IMG/VR virus record: IMGVR_UViG_3300031525_000003
Length of the DNA: 55,312 nt
From: an uncultured virus (IMG/VR IMGVR_UViG_3300031525_000003)
Lineage: Duplodnaviria; Heunggongvirae; Uroviricota; Caudoviricetes
Strand: one strand, 5' to 3'
Part shown: one piece after another, positions 17,666-26,749 of the stretch
How the letters are laid out: each line of letters opens with the position of its first letter
Position numbering within the stretch: position 1 is the first letter of the stretch
Translations under genes and position numbers: made by a program
The notes under the pieces: model-generated
Seen by the model: only the letters and a program-made list of their open reading frames with translations
What the model was told of the DNA's origin: nothing
The model's database searches: none

Positions 17666-18771
17666 CCACGGCACAACGACATGACGTCTCCACATGGCCG
17701 GATGCCAGGCTGCAAGAGCTGGCGGAGGAATACAACAGCCCGCAGTTCGACGCGCAGCGCGACGCGATCGCCTCGATGGCGAGCGAAGTGCTGCGCCTGC
17801 GCTCGGTGGTGGGTGCCATGACGACGGCACGAGACCTGGCTGTGGACAGCATCGATCGACTGATGGTCGACCTCGCCGCCCTGAGTCGCTCCGTCTGGGC
17901 GTACTTGAGCGAGGACGGCAAGCACACGACTGTGGGAGGTACCGGACTCCGTGGATTACTGATCGAATCCGTCAAGCGGGCTGGCGAAGTCTACTGCGCG
18001 GCGTCGTACGATCGTTTTGGCCGGCCGAAGGACGCGCCTGCAGAAGGGTCGACGGTCTGCGTCCTTTGCGGCGCACCGTGGGCCCCTGCCGTCAAGAACC
18101 GCTGCGAGTGCGGAGGCTTCTGCACCTGGGGGCCAGCAAAAGGAGCGCCGCCGTCCTCCTGGACCGCTGACGGGCAGCCACGGCCTGCGCCCATCTCCGT
18201 ATCGACCGCGCGCAAGCACGAACCCGACGTATGGGTACTCTTCAAGAACGACGACGTCGTCTTCGCCGAGAAAGCCGGTGAGCGGCCTGCGCCAGACGTT
18301 TCTCGTGACACGCGCCTCGTCCGCTACGTGCCCGAACACGAACACCTCGTCGCTCTCTCGCGCGCGGAGTCTTCTGCCACCGAGCTGCAGCGGCAAGTCG
18401 AGCGCGGATATGAGCTGGCGGTCGAGCGCATGCGAGAGCTTATGTTGACGGCCCCAACATGGGCACATAGCGACTTCCTGACCGCGACGTCTGCTAAGCT
18501 CTTCTACGACGACATTCGTCAGAAGCTCGTCAAGCTGGCGCTCGACAAGCCTGTCGTGGCACCAGTCGAACGATGGGGCGTGTGGTGGGTGGAAACGGAG
18601 ATCACCGACTACGGGCCAACGATGTCCATCGGCGGCTGCTGGGTCGTGGATCGGGAGACGAAACAGCCCATCGCGACGAGCGACGTACGAGAGGCTCGGC
18701 GCATTGCCTCCCGTATGAGCACACCCTCCGGCTCGCACTACGACGCTCGGCCTCTACCGGAGAAGGAGTGA
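17662..18771 (+). CDS. mosaic protein (Zn ribbon, RYVP module, C-terminal WGVW domain)
   Basis: ATGA coupling; ERWGVWW...YDARPLP. Confidence 0.75.
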   Translation: MTTAQRHDVSTWPDARLQELAEEYNSPQFDAQRDAIASMASEVLRLRSVVGAMTTARDLAVDSIDRLMVDLAALSRSVWAYLSEDGKHTTVGGTGLRGLLIESVKRAGEVYCAASYDRFGRPKDAPAEGSTVCVLCGAPWAPAVKNRCECGGFCTWGPAKGAPPSSWTADGQPRPAPISVSTARKHEPDVWVLFKNDDVVFAEKAGERPAPDVSRDTRLVRYVPEHEHLVALSRAESSATELQRQVERGYELAVERMRELMLTAPTWAHSDFLTATSAKLFYDDIRQKLVKLALDKPVVAPVERWGVWWVETEITDYGPTMSIGGCWVVDRETKQPIATSDVREARRIASRMSTPSGSHYDARPLPEKE

Positions 18772-18777
18772 AGCGTC

Positions 18778-19509
18778 ATGGCAGCTTGCGACCATCCGAT
18801 CGAGAGCGTGCACTGGGACGACAAGGCGATCGGTCATTTTCGGTGCGCGCAGTGCCACCAATCGTTCTCCGCCATGGATCTCCTGCAGGAGAAGGACCGT
18901 GAAATTCTCCGGACACGCGCCGACAAGTGGACGGCGAAACGGCAGGGCCTGGAGGAGGCCGCGCACCTGCTTCGGCAGAAGAGAACGGGCGATCCGGACC
19001 GAAAGGCGTGGGATCAGGCGCTCAGCGATAGCGCGGACGAGATCCTGGCCCTGACGACCGTGGTCGGTGACTTCGACTGGCCGAAGATGGCCACGGCGAC
19101 GCTCGAAGAGAACGCTGAGCTGCGCCTGCGCCTGCGCCTGAAGAAGACCGAAGCGGAGCGGGACAGCGCACGAGAGAACAACCGCGAAGTGCGCGCCATC
19201 CTCAAGGCTTCCCCGATGGAGGGTCCTCAGGGGGCGGCCAAACGAGTCATGACCCAGATCCGCACCCGCAAGAGCCGCGTGGACCGCGCGTTTCTTCGGG
19301 TGCGCGCTGTCCTCAAGCGCATGGGGAAGATCCTGACGGTGCGGCGCCTCGCCCTCGAACGGGCGCTCATCTATCTCTCCACCCTCGACATACCCATCCC
19401 CCACGGGCTCATCGAACAGGTCTCCGAAGCGCTCTACGTGGCCGACGACCGAGGGAACAACGGCGTGGAGCCTTACCCTGAACACCCCCACGCCCAGGAG
19501 GTCCCGTGA
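18778..19509 (+). CDS. hypothetical coiled-coil protein
   Basis: AAGGAG upstream; CDH...CAQC. Confidence 0.7.
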   Translation: MAACDHPIESVHWDDKAIGHFRCAQCHQSFSAMDLLQEKDREILRTRADKWTAKRQGLEEAAHLLRQKRTGDPDRKAWDQALSDSADEILALTTVVGDFDWPKMATATLEENAELRLRLRLKKTEAERDSARENNREVRAILKASPMEGPQGAAKRVMTQIRTRKSRVDRAFLRVRAVLKRMGKILTVRRLALERALIYLSTLDIPIPHGLIEQVSEALYVADDRGNNGVEPYPEHPHAQEVP

Positions 19510-20036
19510 GCCACGGATACGTGATCCCAGGAACGATTCTGGTCCCTGCGCGCGCCACCGGAAAGGTGGACCTCCTGGCGAACGAAGACTTCCTGCTCGA
19601 CAAGCTCGTCTTGCGCGTCGAGCCCGCCGAAGCGCTGAATCGACTGCTCGTGTTGAACATCCGTGTGGGCGGCAAGGAGCTGGTCATCGGACCCACGCCC
19701 GCGACGTTGTTCTCCGCGGAAAACGTGTGGCCCAGCGCGGGACGCCTGCATTTCCCACCGCCCCCCGGAACCGATCTGAAAAACCTGATGCTCATGCTGT
19801 GGAACGCCCTCAACGGTCGACCGGCAAACGCCGGTCTCGACGAAGAGGACCAGGACCATGTCGGCGGTGGTGAAGACGATGACCCACCACCCGGGACAAC
19901 CATAGGACCATTCTTCGTGCGCAAAGATCAGACGATCACGGTGGTCATGGGAAGCGATGACGCGCCCGCCTCGGTCGACGTCGTCGTGACCGGGCAGCTC
20001 CTCCAACCTCCGCTCCTGAGAGATCACTTCGCGTGA
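19506..20036 (+). CDS. beta-rich hypothetical protein
   Basis: AGGAGG and GTGA coupling; alternating hydrophobic strands. Confidence 0.65.
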   Translation: MSHGYVIPGTILVPARATGKVDLLANEDFLLDKLVLRVEPAEALNRLLVLNIRVGGKELVIGPTPATLFSAENVWPSAGRLHFPPPPGTDLKNLMLMLWNALNGRPANAGLDEEDQDHVGGGEDDDPPPGTTIGPFFVRKDQTITVVMGSDDAPASVDVVVTGQLLQPPLLRDHFA

Positions 20037-20509
20037 GCGACATCGTCGTCACCGTGCCCAAGGGGCTCTGGATCGACTGGATCTACGAAGGGGATTCGGT
20101 AGGCGAGCCCCCCAGTGGGCAGGAGTGGGGCTTCTTCCTGGGCGGTCCATCACCACGCATCGAGCCTGGCGAGCGCGTCTACGTCGTCGCCCACGGACGC
20201 TTGCGCGGCTACGCCCCACTGACACGCATCGTGCGCACCAACCGCGGCTACGCCCTCTGCCGCGAAGGCGGCGCGGTGGCCGTCACCATCGACGAGAAAA
20301 TCCCAGGCTTCCGAGGATGGCGCGCGCGCTGGTGGAGCCCGACGATCGAACGACCATTTCCTCAGTGGATGTTCGAGGACGTCAAGACCGAAACGCGCGA
20401 CGACGCGGAGTCCCTCCGCCTCATCGAGCGGCGCTTCCGGAGCGGAGAACCGCTCCGTCCTCCTCGTCTGGATCTCACGGACCTTTCCCGTAAGGAGCAA
20501 GCATCATGA
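20033..20509 (+). CDS. PUA/ASCH-like fold protein (tentative)
   Basis: DIVVTVPK...PGERVYVV..G.LRGYA...GFRGWR. Confidence 0.55.
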   Translation: MSDIVVTVPKGLWIDWIYEGDSVGEPPSGQEWGFFLGGPSPRIEPGERVYVVAHGRLRGYAPLTRIVRTNRGYALCREGGAVAVTIDEKIPGFRGWRARWWSPTIERPFPQWMFEDVKTETRDDAESLRLIERRFRSGEPLRPPRLDLTDLSRKEQAS

Positions 20510-20853
20510 ACCTCCCCACCGACGCTCGCGCATGGGCAACGGCCAACGTTGTCGTGCAGGCGGCCGCTCACTGGACACCGTTGCCGCACAAGCCGTCGTG
20601 GAAGCTGGCGTCGCAGATCCTCGCGGAGGACACATTCCGCGAGTACGACCTCCATCGCGTTCAGATGGACAACACCCAGCTCGTATGCGCGTCCGAGCAC
20701 ACGTGCGCGTGCTCAGGAGAGGCGTTTTCATGCGACTGCCACAGCCTGGTGAACGGCGCCTGGGAGGGAAGGTGCGTCAAGTGCCACGCGCCCATGATCC
20801 GTATCGACTGCGACTCCGGGGCTCACCTGACCAAGGACAGGGAACGTGGCTGA
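20506..20853 (+). CDS. Cys-rich hypothetical protein
   Basis: TAAGGAG and ATGA coupling. Confidence 0.6.
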   Translation: MNLPTDARAWATANVVVQAAAHWTPLPHKPSWKLASQILAEDTFREYDLHRVQMDNTQLVCASEHTCACSGEAFSCDCHSLVNGAWEGRCVKCHAPMIRIDCDSGAHLTKDRERG

Positions 20854-21025
20854 ATTGAAACCGTGCCCGGAATGCGGCAACCTGGTCGAGGCCCGCGGTG
20901 TCGAGGCGGAAGGCAACCACCCGGGCGCGATGGTCTGGCGCGGTTTCCAGGTCAAGCGCGGACCCCATCACGAACGACGCTGCGAACACTACCGACACGA
21001 GACAGCCGGCGGGAGACCAGGATGA
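20846..21025 (+). CDS. 59-aa Lar-like Zn-finger protein (not in ORF track)
   Basis: GTG start, MAELKPCPECG; its TGA overlaps ATG 21022. Confidence 0.5.
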   Translation: MAELKPCPECGNLVEARGVEAEGNHPGAMVWRGFQVKRGPHHERRCEHYRHETAGGRPG

Positions 21026-21603
21026 CGACAACGCGCGCATGGACCGTGTGGAGAAAGTTCAGCCCCATCAGCGCCTGGGACTTCCTCTCGCCCGTGGTCC
21101 CGCTGACCGAAGATCAAGCCCTCAAGGAAGCCGCGCGGATGCAGCGCAACCTGCGCGAAGGTGAGTGGCCGAACGCCGTCTGCGAGGCGCGCCCGAACCC
21201 GAACGACACGCCTGAGAAAGCGGCGCTGGTGCAGGCGTTGCTGAGGGCCTTCGGCGACGAGAGCGCTCGCTACGCTCGCAGCGTGCACGAAAACATCCTG
21301 CTTCTTGAGGCGGCCCTGACGCCCAAGGAGTCCGCGACGGAGGCCGAGATGTACTACATCGTCGACACCCGGACGATCGTGGGCAACTGCGCCCTCTTCT
21401 GGTGCCCGGACGGCAAGGGCTACACCACGCAGCTGGAAGAGGCCGGCCTCTACACCAAGGCGGAAGCCATGAGCCACCGGCCCACGGACCTGCCCGTGCC
21501 CGCCTCGCTCGCGCGAGCGCACGGCGTCACGCACGTGCGCGTCGATCGGCTGCGCGAGGTGCTCGATCAGGTCGGCCTCCAGTGGGGAGGCGGCTCCCGA
21601 TGA
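21022..21603 (+). CDS. mosaic protein with WxVW domain
   Basis: RAWTVW...CEARP; C-terminal FW...GYTT.LEEAGLY domain. Confidence 0.75.
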   Translation: MTTTRAWTVWRKFSPISAWDFLSPVVPLTEDQALKEAARMQRNLREGEWPNAVCEARPNPNDTPEKAALVQALLRAFGDESARYARSVHENILLLEAALTPKESATEAEMYYIVDTRTIVGNCALFWCPDGKGYTTQLEEAGLYTKAEAMSHRPTDLPVPASLARAHGVTHVRVDRLREVLDQVGLQWGGGSR

Positions 21604-21878
21604 AGGGCTACCGCATGCGCGCCCTGAAAGACGGCAAGCGCGTGCGCGTCGTCCACTTTCTGGGCTTCGAAGGCTACATGACCCGGTGGACGAGTCACTG
21701 CTCGGGATGCACCGAGGTGCCCGAGATGACTCACCCTCCCGACCGAGGCATCGGCTGCGACGAGTGCGGCTACACCGGCCGCCGTCGCAACGACTTTTTC
21801 GTGCCGTTCGGCAGCTTCGAGGACTACTGGCGTGCCGTGACGGCGCCCAAGGAGGAAGGCGCGGCGGCTCATGGCTGA
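21600..21878 (+). CDS. Zn-binding hypothetical protein
   Basis: GGAGG and ATGA; CSGC...GCDECGYTG. Confidence 0.65.
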   Translation: MKGYRMRALKDGKRVRVVHFLGFEGYMTRWTSHCSGCTEVPEMTHPPDRGIGCDECGYTGRRRNDFFVPFGSFEDYWRAVTAPKEEGAAAHG

Positions 21879-22155
21879 CAACCTCCAGCAGATCGTCGAT
21901 GAGATGCGCGCGCACTACCGCATGGGGATGGGCGGCATCTACGAGGTGGCGTCGGAGTCGCTGCCCGCGCCCCTCGTCATCGATGTCATCCCCGACGGGA
22001 TCATGTGGATGCTCAAAGTCACCTGCGGAGACCGCGTCCTCTACGACACGGGGCCGAGCCGCGCCGTGAAGCCCGACGAGTTTCTCAACGGTCTCTACGT
22101 CTTCGTGCGCGCGTGCATGAAGGCCGCAGTGGCACATCCATCGAAGCCGTCGTGA
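21871..22155 (+). CDS. hypothetical protein
   Basis: in the gene train; protein-like. Confidence 0.6.
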   Translation: MADNLQQIVDEMRAHYRMGMGGIYEVASESLPAPLVIDVIPDGIMWMLKVTCGDRVLYDTGPSRAVKPDEFLNGLYVFVRACMKAAVAHPSKPS

Positions 22156-22913
22156 CGGAGGCCAAGATGAACGACGCCATGGATGACGAGATCGCCGCGC
22201 TCTATCGGAACCTGGCTCTGCTGGCCGAGAAGCAACCGGGCTTTCGCGACGAGTACGACGCGTGCTTCGCGGCCCTGCGTCGCCTGCAAGAGCGTAGGGC
22301 CACCGAGCTACGGGAGCAGTTTCGAAGCGAACGCTCTCTCGATCCCGACGTGCTCGACGCAGCCATCGCGCACGCGGACGACTTGCTGAACAAACACGAC
22401 GTCACCAATCTGCGCGAACTCCAGGCGGCGGGACGAGACGACGAACCCGTGCTGGCCTCCTCCGGGATCTCGCGCAGCGCCCAGCGACATGCCGCCGTTC
22501 TTCGGCACGGCTTCAACCTGCAAGAGATGGCGCAGGACTTGTGGGGCGGCGCCATCCAGCTTCTCACAGACCAGGGCGCGGACGTCAGGCCGCTCCTCGA
22601 CGCCGCCGCCGCACGCATCGAAGCATGGCGCGCGAACGATCGACGCCGCAGCGTTTCATCCGACCAGCCCGACCAGAACCGACGTAGCGCCGTGCAGCCA
22701 GGCTCCACCAAGCTGGTCCACACGTGCTCTCCATGGCTGAAAGACAAGAGAACAAACGCCGACTGCCCCGCGTGCCGCGCTCAAGACACGATCGCATGCA
22801 CGTGCCACGACTACTGGTTCCCCTTCGACCGTCGAGAGATCCTTCGGGCCATGCCCCACGGCATGGGCGGCGGCCTGGCGCATCACGCGTCGTGTCGTAA
22901 AACGTCCGTGTAA
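22152..22913 (+). CDS. mosaic hypothetical protein
   Basis: GTGA coupling; C-terminal Cys/His cluster. Confidence 0.65.
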   Translation: MTEAKMNDAMDDEIAALYRNLALLAEKQPGFRDEYDACFAALRRLQERRATELREQFRSERSLDPDVLDAAIAHADDLLNKHDVTNLRELQAAGRDDEPVLASSGISRSAQRHAAVLRHGFNLQEMAQDLWGGAIQLLTDQGADVRPLLDAAAARIEAWRANDRRRSVSSDQPDQNRRSAVQPGSTKLVHTCSPWLKDKRTNADCPACRAQDTIACTCHDYWFPFDRREILRAMPHGMGGGLAHHASCRKTSV

Positions 22914-22930
22914 GCCGCAGGAGCTACTCC

Positions 22931-23224
22931 ATGAGCAAACGGTCGCGACGACAGCGAAGAGACCACCAGGCGGAGATCGCGCGGCAGTTCAACGCGCTCA
23001 CGGCCGACCTTCTCGCGGGAAACGATCCGGCGATGCTCCCTGAAAGACGTGCTCTCGTCCCACGCAATCTCCCTCGACCAGAGGGGGACTCCGCCGTCGC
23101 CGTTTTACAACACCTGTTCGCGACCGCGCCATTTCGCGAGCTGACCCGACCTGGCCTCGACTGCAGCGGCATCGGCGGCTACAGCCGCGTCGACGGGTAC
23201 GATCCCGACGACGCCGACGACTGA
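22931..23224 (+). CDS. hypothetical protein
   Basis: AGGAG upstream. Confidence 0.55.
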   Translation: MSKRSRRQRRDHQAEIARQFNALTADLLAGNDPAMLPERRALVPRNLPRPEGDSAVAVLQHLFATAPFRELTRPGLDCSGIGGYSRVDGYDPDDADD

Positions 23225-23239
23225 ACCACGAGGTCGCGC

Positions 23240-23545
23240 GTGAATCGCCACGACAAGGAACGGAAGAAGAAGGCGAAGCGCAGCGAGCGGGCCTCCGAGC
23301 GGCGCGCCACGGTGCCTGTCGTTCGCTACCCGGTGTACGCCCCCGTCGGCCACCCGCTGCGCAAGGGCACCTTCACGGCCGACCCGCCAAACAAGGCATG
23401 CGAGAGCTGCGGCTCGCCCGCATTCTACGCCGTGACTATCAAGGCCGGCCGAACGACCGATGCAGACTTTCACTTCGCTTGTTCTCTTTGCCCGGACAAG
23501 ATCGTCCGGGAGCTTCGAGCGCGAGGACCCGTAGGCTCCCAATGA
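23240..23545 (+). CDS. Zn-binding hypothetical protein
   Basis: GAGGT upstream; CESC...CSLC. Confidence 0.6.
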   Translation: MNRHDKERKKKAKRSERASERRATVPVVRYPVYAPVGHPLRKGTFTADPPNKACESCGSPAFYAVTIKAGRTTDADFHFACSLCPDKIVRELRARGPVGSQ

Positions 23546-23753
23546 AGCCTCTCGCCGCTCACAGGAGCGACCAGCGGGCGTCCGTATCGGTTGCGGCCGC
23601 GACCTCGCGGGCAATATCCAACCCGCGGATCTTGCCTGCGACGCCTGCGGCGTCGAGCTTGTCTACCCGGACAACGCCGCGCTCCTGTCGAGTCCTTCGC
23701 TGGTACAGATCGCGTGCGTCGCCTGCGGGTTCAGGGGTACGTTGACGCCATGA
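23542..23753 (+). pseudogene. frameshifted small Zn-ribbon gene (or sequence indel)
   Basis: ATGA-coupled start in one frame; CDAC...CVACG domain and ATGA-coupled stop in the -1 frame. Confidence 0.4.
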
Positions 23754-24319
23754 CGACGGCCAAAGAAGAGCTGGACGCCCTGCACATCGAACAGAAGCGC
23801 ATCGAGGCGCGCATCGCGGAGATCTACGCGGCGTCGGTCGATGCCCCCAGCGAAGAGAAAGTCTGCGACGACTGGATCGCATCGTCGTTGGGCGAACCAC
23901 AGACCCACCTCCAGTACCCCATCACCGTCCACGGCATCACCTACAGCAAGGGTGAGCTGGTGGAGTACCGTAGCAGCAAGGTCGGCAAGTTCGTGGCCGT
24001 ACGGCCGGTCGACGAGACGTTGGGCGGCAAGACTTTCCTGGGCGTCTACGTCGGCGACATCGCAATCTCCACGATGGTCCGGTTTCATCCGAAGGATGGC
24101 GTCCTCGAAGCCGGCCACTTCATGCACAACCCCGCGATCTGGGTGCCCGATCTGAAGCGCATCGTCTTCGGCTGCGAATCCTGGTGGGGCGTGATCAAGG
24201 CGCCGGAAGATCTCAAGCAGATCTCCAACGCGGACATCGAGAACGTCTGGTACGTGCAAGCCATCCGGGCGCTCGAAGGAACCAAGCCCACCACCACCCC
24301 CGAGCCTGCGACCCCATGA
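23750..24319 (+). CDS. phage-type hypothetical protein
   Basis: KTFLGVYVGD...NPAIWVP.L..IVFGCESWWG; strongly protein-like. Confidence 0.75.
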   Translation: MTTAKEELDALHIEQKRIEARIAEIYAASVDAPSEEKVCDDWIASSLGEPQTHLQYPITVHGITYSKGELVEYRSSKVGKFVAVRPVDETLGGKTFLGVYVGDIAISTMVRFHPKDGVLEAGHFMHNPAIWVPDLKRIVFGCESWWGVIKAPEDLKQISNADIENVWYVQAIRALEGTKPTTTPEPATP

Positions 24320-24753
24320 CGACCACCAGCAACCACGTCGACCCGTTCCAGGAGATCGACAGACTCAAGGCGCAGCTGGAGAACGCGGAGCGGCATCGCC
24401 TGGCGCTGGAGACCGCGGGCGACGCGCTCCTCGACTCCCTGGGCGAATTCGTGCGGCAGTCGATGCACGCGAACCGCGAGTGGCAGCCCGGGATCGCCGC
24501 GTGGATGGAGACGAGCATGGCGTCCAAGAAGGCCTCGCGATACGCGGCCGATCGGCCGCGCGTGCGTATGCTCGTCAGCGAAAGCGTTGGATCCGCGGAC
24601 GTGATGCGCGCCATCCATCAGTGCGAAGAGGATGGACTCATCCAGCGCGAGCGCGGCGGACGGGAGGCCCCTCTCGACCGGCTCACACTCCAGGAATGCA
24701 CGCTCATGACGCTCGTCCAGTACGCCGCCCGCGGGCCCGTCGAAGAGGTTTGA
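24316..24753 (+). CDS. hypothetical protein
   Basis: ATGA coupling. Confidence 0.65.
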   Translation: MTTTSNHVDPFQEIDRLKAQLENAERHRLALETAGDALLDSLGEFVRQSMHANREWQPGIAAWMETSMASKKASRYAADRPRVRMLVSESVGSADVMRAIHQCEEDGLIQRERGGREAPLDRLTLQECTLMTLVQYAARGPVEEV

Positions 24754-24760
24754 ACCTCTG

Positions 24761-24810
24761 TTGTGGCAGCCAGGTGTTGGTGTTATACCGTACGTCGAAC
24801 ATGTCCACAA
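24761..24810. promoter_or_regulatory. 21-bp dyad site (copy 3, inverted) inside a symmetric promoter pair
   Basis: tgttatac-cgtac-gtcgaaca 24781-24801; TTGTGG-N17-TATACC on + and TTGTGG-N17-TATAAC on -. Confidence 0.65.
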
Positions 24811-25334
24811 CCAGCAGTTCGACGTCCGAACGATGTGAGCGTTGCGGCGCTCGCTCTGGCTACAGCACCCTCTGTGTCGCGTGCGCGGTGAAGGATGCCA
24901 GGGCCGAGGCTCGCCTGGAGGCCATGGAGGAGGTGGCGCGGCTCTGCGACAGGCGAGCAGAGCTGACGCGAATCCTCATGGCGGACCCACTCGCAGCCAA
25001 CAACCCCGTCTGGATCGAGCTGCTGCGCGGCAATCTCAACGCGTTCAACGCCATCGCGCGCGACATTCGGCTGTTTTCTACTCCGGTCCACGGATGGACG
25101 AGGGACACGGTTCTCGTCGCTGTCCTGCGGGCGGCTCTCTTCGCAGAAGACTACGCGACGTCCAAGAAGCGCAACGCCATGTGCAACGCCCCCGACGAGC
25201 TGACCGCCAAGGATGTCGCCGACGGCTATCGCGATGGCTATCAAACGCTGCACGCCCTCGTGTCGAACCTGTGGACGCAGATCGAGCGACTCCCACCCGC
25301 GCTGATCGACGCCGCCAGAAAAAGGACCGCGTAA
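24801..25334 (+). CDS. hypothetical protein with N-terminal Zn finger
   Basis: ATG overlaps the dyad end; CERC...CVAC. Confidence 0.7.
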   Translation: MSTTSSSTSERCERCGARSGYSTLCVACAVKDARAEARLEAMEEVARLCDRRAELTRILMADPLAANNPVWIELLRGNLNAFNAIARDIRLFSTPVHGWTRDTVLVAVLRAALFAEDYATSKKRNAMCNAPDELTAKDVADGYRDGYQTLHALVSNLWTQIERLPPALIDAARKRTA

Positions 25335-25336
25335 GC

Positions 25337-26749
25337 ATGGCCACGTGCTCCAGCTGCACGAACGAGGCGACGCGTGTGACCATGCGGAACCTGATGTCGA
25401 CAGGCGCCAGGGCGGTGCACTACTGCTGCAACGCGTGCGGGCTGCTGCTCTTTCGCGGAGACACCGGCGAGTTTCACCGTCAGTACATGTCGATCGAGGG
25501 CGCCCTGGGGACCGACCTCTGGATCGGCCTCCTCGAAGGCACGCCCGTCGCGTTCTACCGGACCATCGGCGACGCCGCATCGGTGCGTAACACGCGCATG
25601 AGTCTACTCCGGTACGTGCCGTCTTCCCGCCTCGACGCCGTGGAGAACGACCTCCGTAAACAGGCGACGCGAGCCCGCAGCGTCACGGAAGCTCTGACCG
25701 CGGGGTTCCAACGTGCCCTCGCCGCGCTCCACGCGCTCGAAAAGGAGGGGGAGAAGCTCCCGGGAGACGACTACTCCTTTGGATGGCGCGAGGCCGCCCG
25801 TCGCGCCTCCGGTGCCATCGTCGAGGCGTGCCCGGACGTCGAACCGCCCGAGGGGACGAGGATCGAGTGGACCGAGGTGCGGCTGGCTCCTGAGACGGAC
25901 ACAGGCCACCATCGTCGCTCTGTACGCGAGGCTGCCAGGCACCATCGACCGCTCGACGGTGCGGACGCCCAAGCCATGGAGGGAGCACTATCGCAAGCGA
26001 AACACGCCCTCGCCACCGCTCGCTCCGAGATGGGTGCGGAGTTGCGGGAAGCTCAACGACACGTCGAGATCCAGCGTTCCAACGCGGACCACGCCACACG
26101 GGAGATGGGGCGCGCGGAGGAGAAGTTGGCCGCTGCCCGTGTGGAAGCCAACCTTGCCGAACGGAAGCTGCAGAAAGTCGACGAGCTACTGCGCGCAATC
26201 ATTGTGCTCGCCAAGAAACCGAGCGAGCTACACGAGGCCGCGAAAGAAGCTCGCTCGATCATCCTCTCGTCTCCGTTTCCCGTCGACCGCGACGAGCAAC
26301 TCGCCACCGCGAACGCTCGTGCCGACGAGGCCGAGCGCGTGCTGGCCGATGCCAAGCGACTCCTGGGGGACTACCAGACCGTGCGCGTGGAGGCGGCCTA
26401 CCAGCGTGGGCTGAGCAACGGACGCGAGGCGCACGCGCAGGAACTGGCGGCGGCGCTGGCGCGGATGGCCATCATGGAGGACGCCCTGCTCTCTGCACAC
26501 GCCGTGCTGGTGGCCCACGCGGGCGACTTTCTGCGAAGCTCCGCCGAGAAGAACGCCATGACTGTCGTCCAGAAGTGCGTGGATGCGCTGCAACCCGTCG
26601 CGCCCACGACGACCAAGGACCGGGCGTGCGATTCCTGCGGCGACGACGATCCGCTGACCGATCGCACCCGCATCGGGGAGCAGTGGCTCTGCCACGACTG
26701 CATCACCGACGAGCCAAAGCCCCTGCAGGCTGCAACGGAGCCATCGTGA
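25337..26749 (+). CDS. mosaic coiled-coil protein
   Basis: AAGGA upstream; terminal Cys motifs, RYVP module, long heptads. Confidence 0.75.
   Translation: MATCSSCTNEATRVTMRNLMSTGARAVHYCCNACGLLLFRGDTGEFHRQYMSIEGALGTDLWIGLLEGTPVAFYRTIGDAASVRNTRMSLLRYVPSSRLDAVENDLRKQATRARSVTEALTAGFQRALAALHALEKEGEKLPGDDYSFGWREAARRASGAIVEACPDVEPPEGTRIEWTEVRLAPETDTGHHRRSVREAARHHRPLDGADAQAMEGALSQAKHALATARSEMGAELREAQRHVEIQRSNADHATREMGRAEEKLAAARVEANLAERKLQKVDELLRAIIVLAKKPSELHEAAKEARSIILSSPFPVDRDEQLATANARADEAERVLADAKRLLGDYQTVRVEAAYQRGLSNGREAHAQELAAALARMAIMEDALLSAHAVLVAHAGDFLRSSAEKNAMTVVQKCVDALQPVAPTTTKDRACDSCGDDDPLTDRTRIGEQWLCHDCITDEPKPLQAATEPS

Noticed and set aside
22931..23300. Basic N-termini MSKRSRRQRR and MNRHDKERKKK as members of the SR-tag family
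   Set aside because: They lack the SSR core and G(N/H)A ending, and they use SD-led starts.
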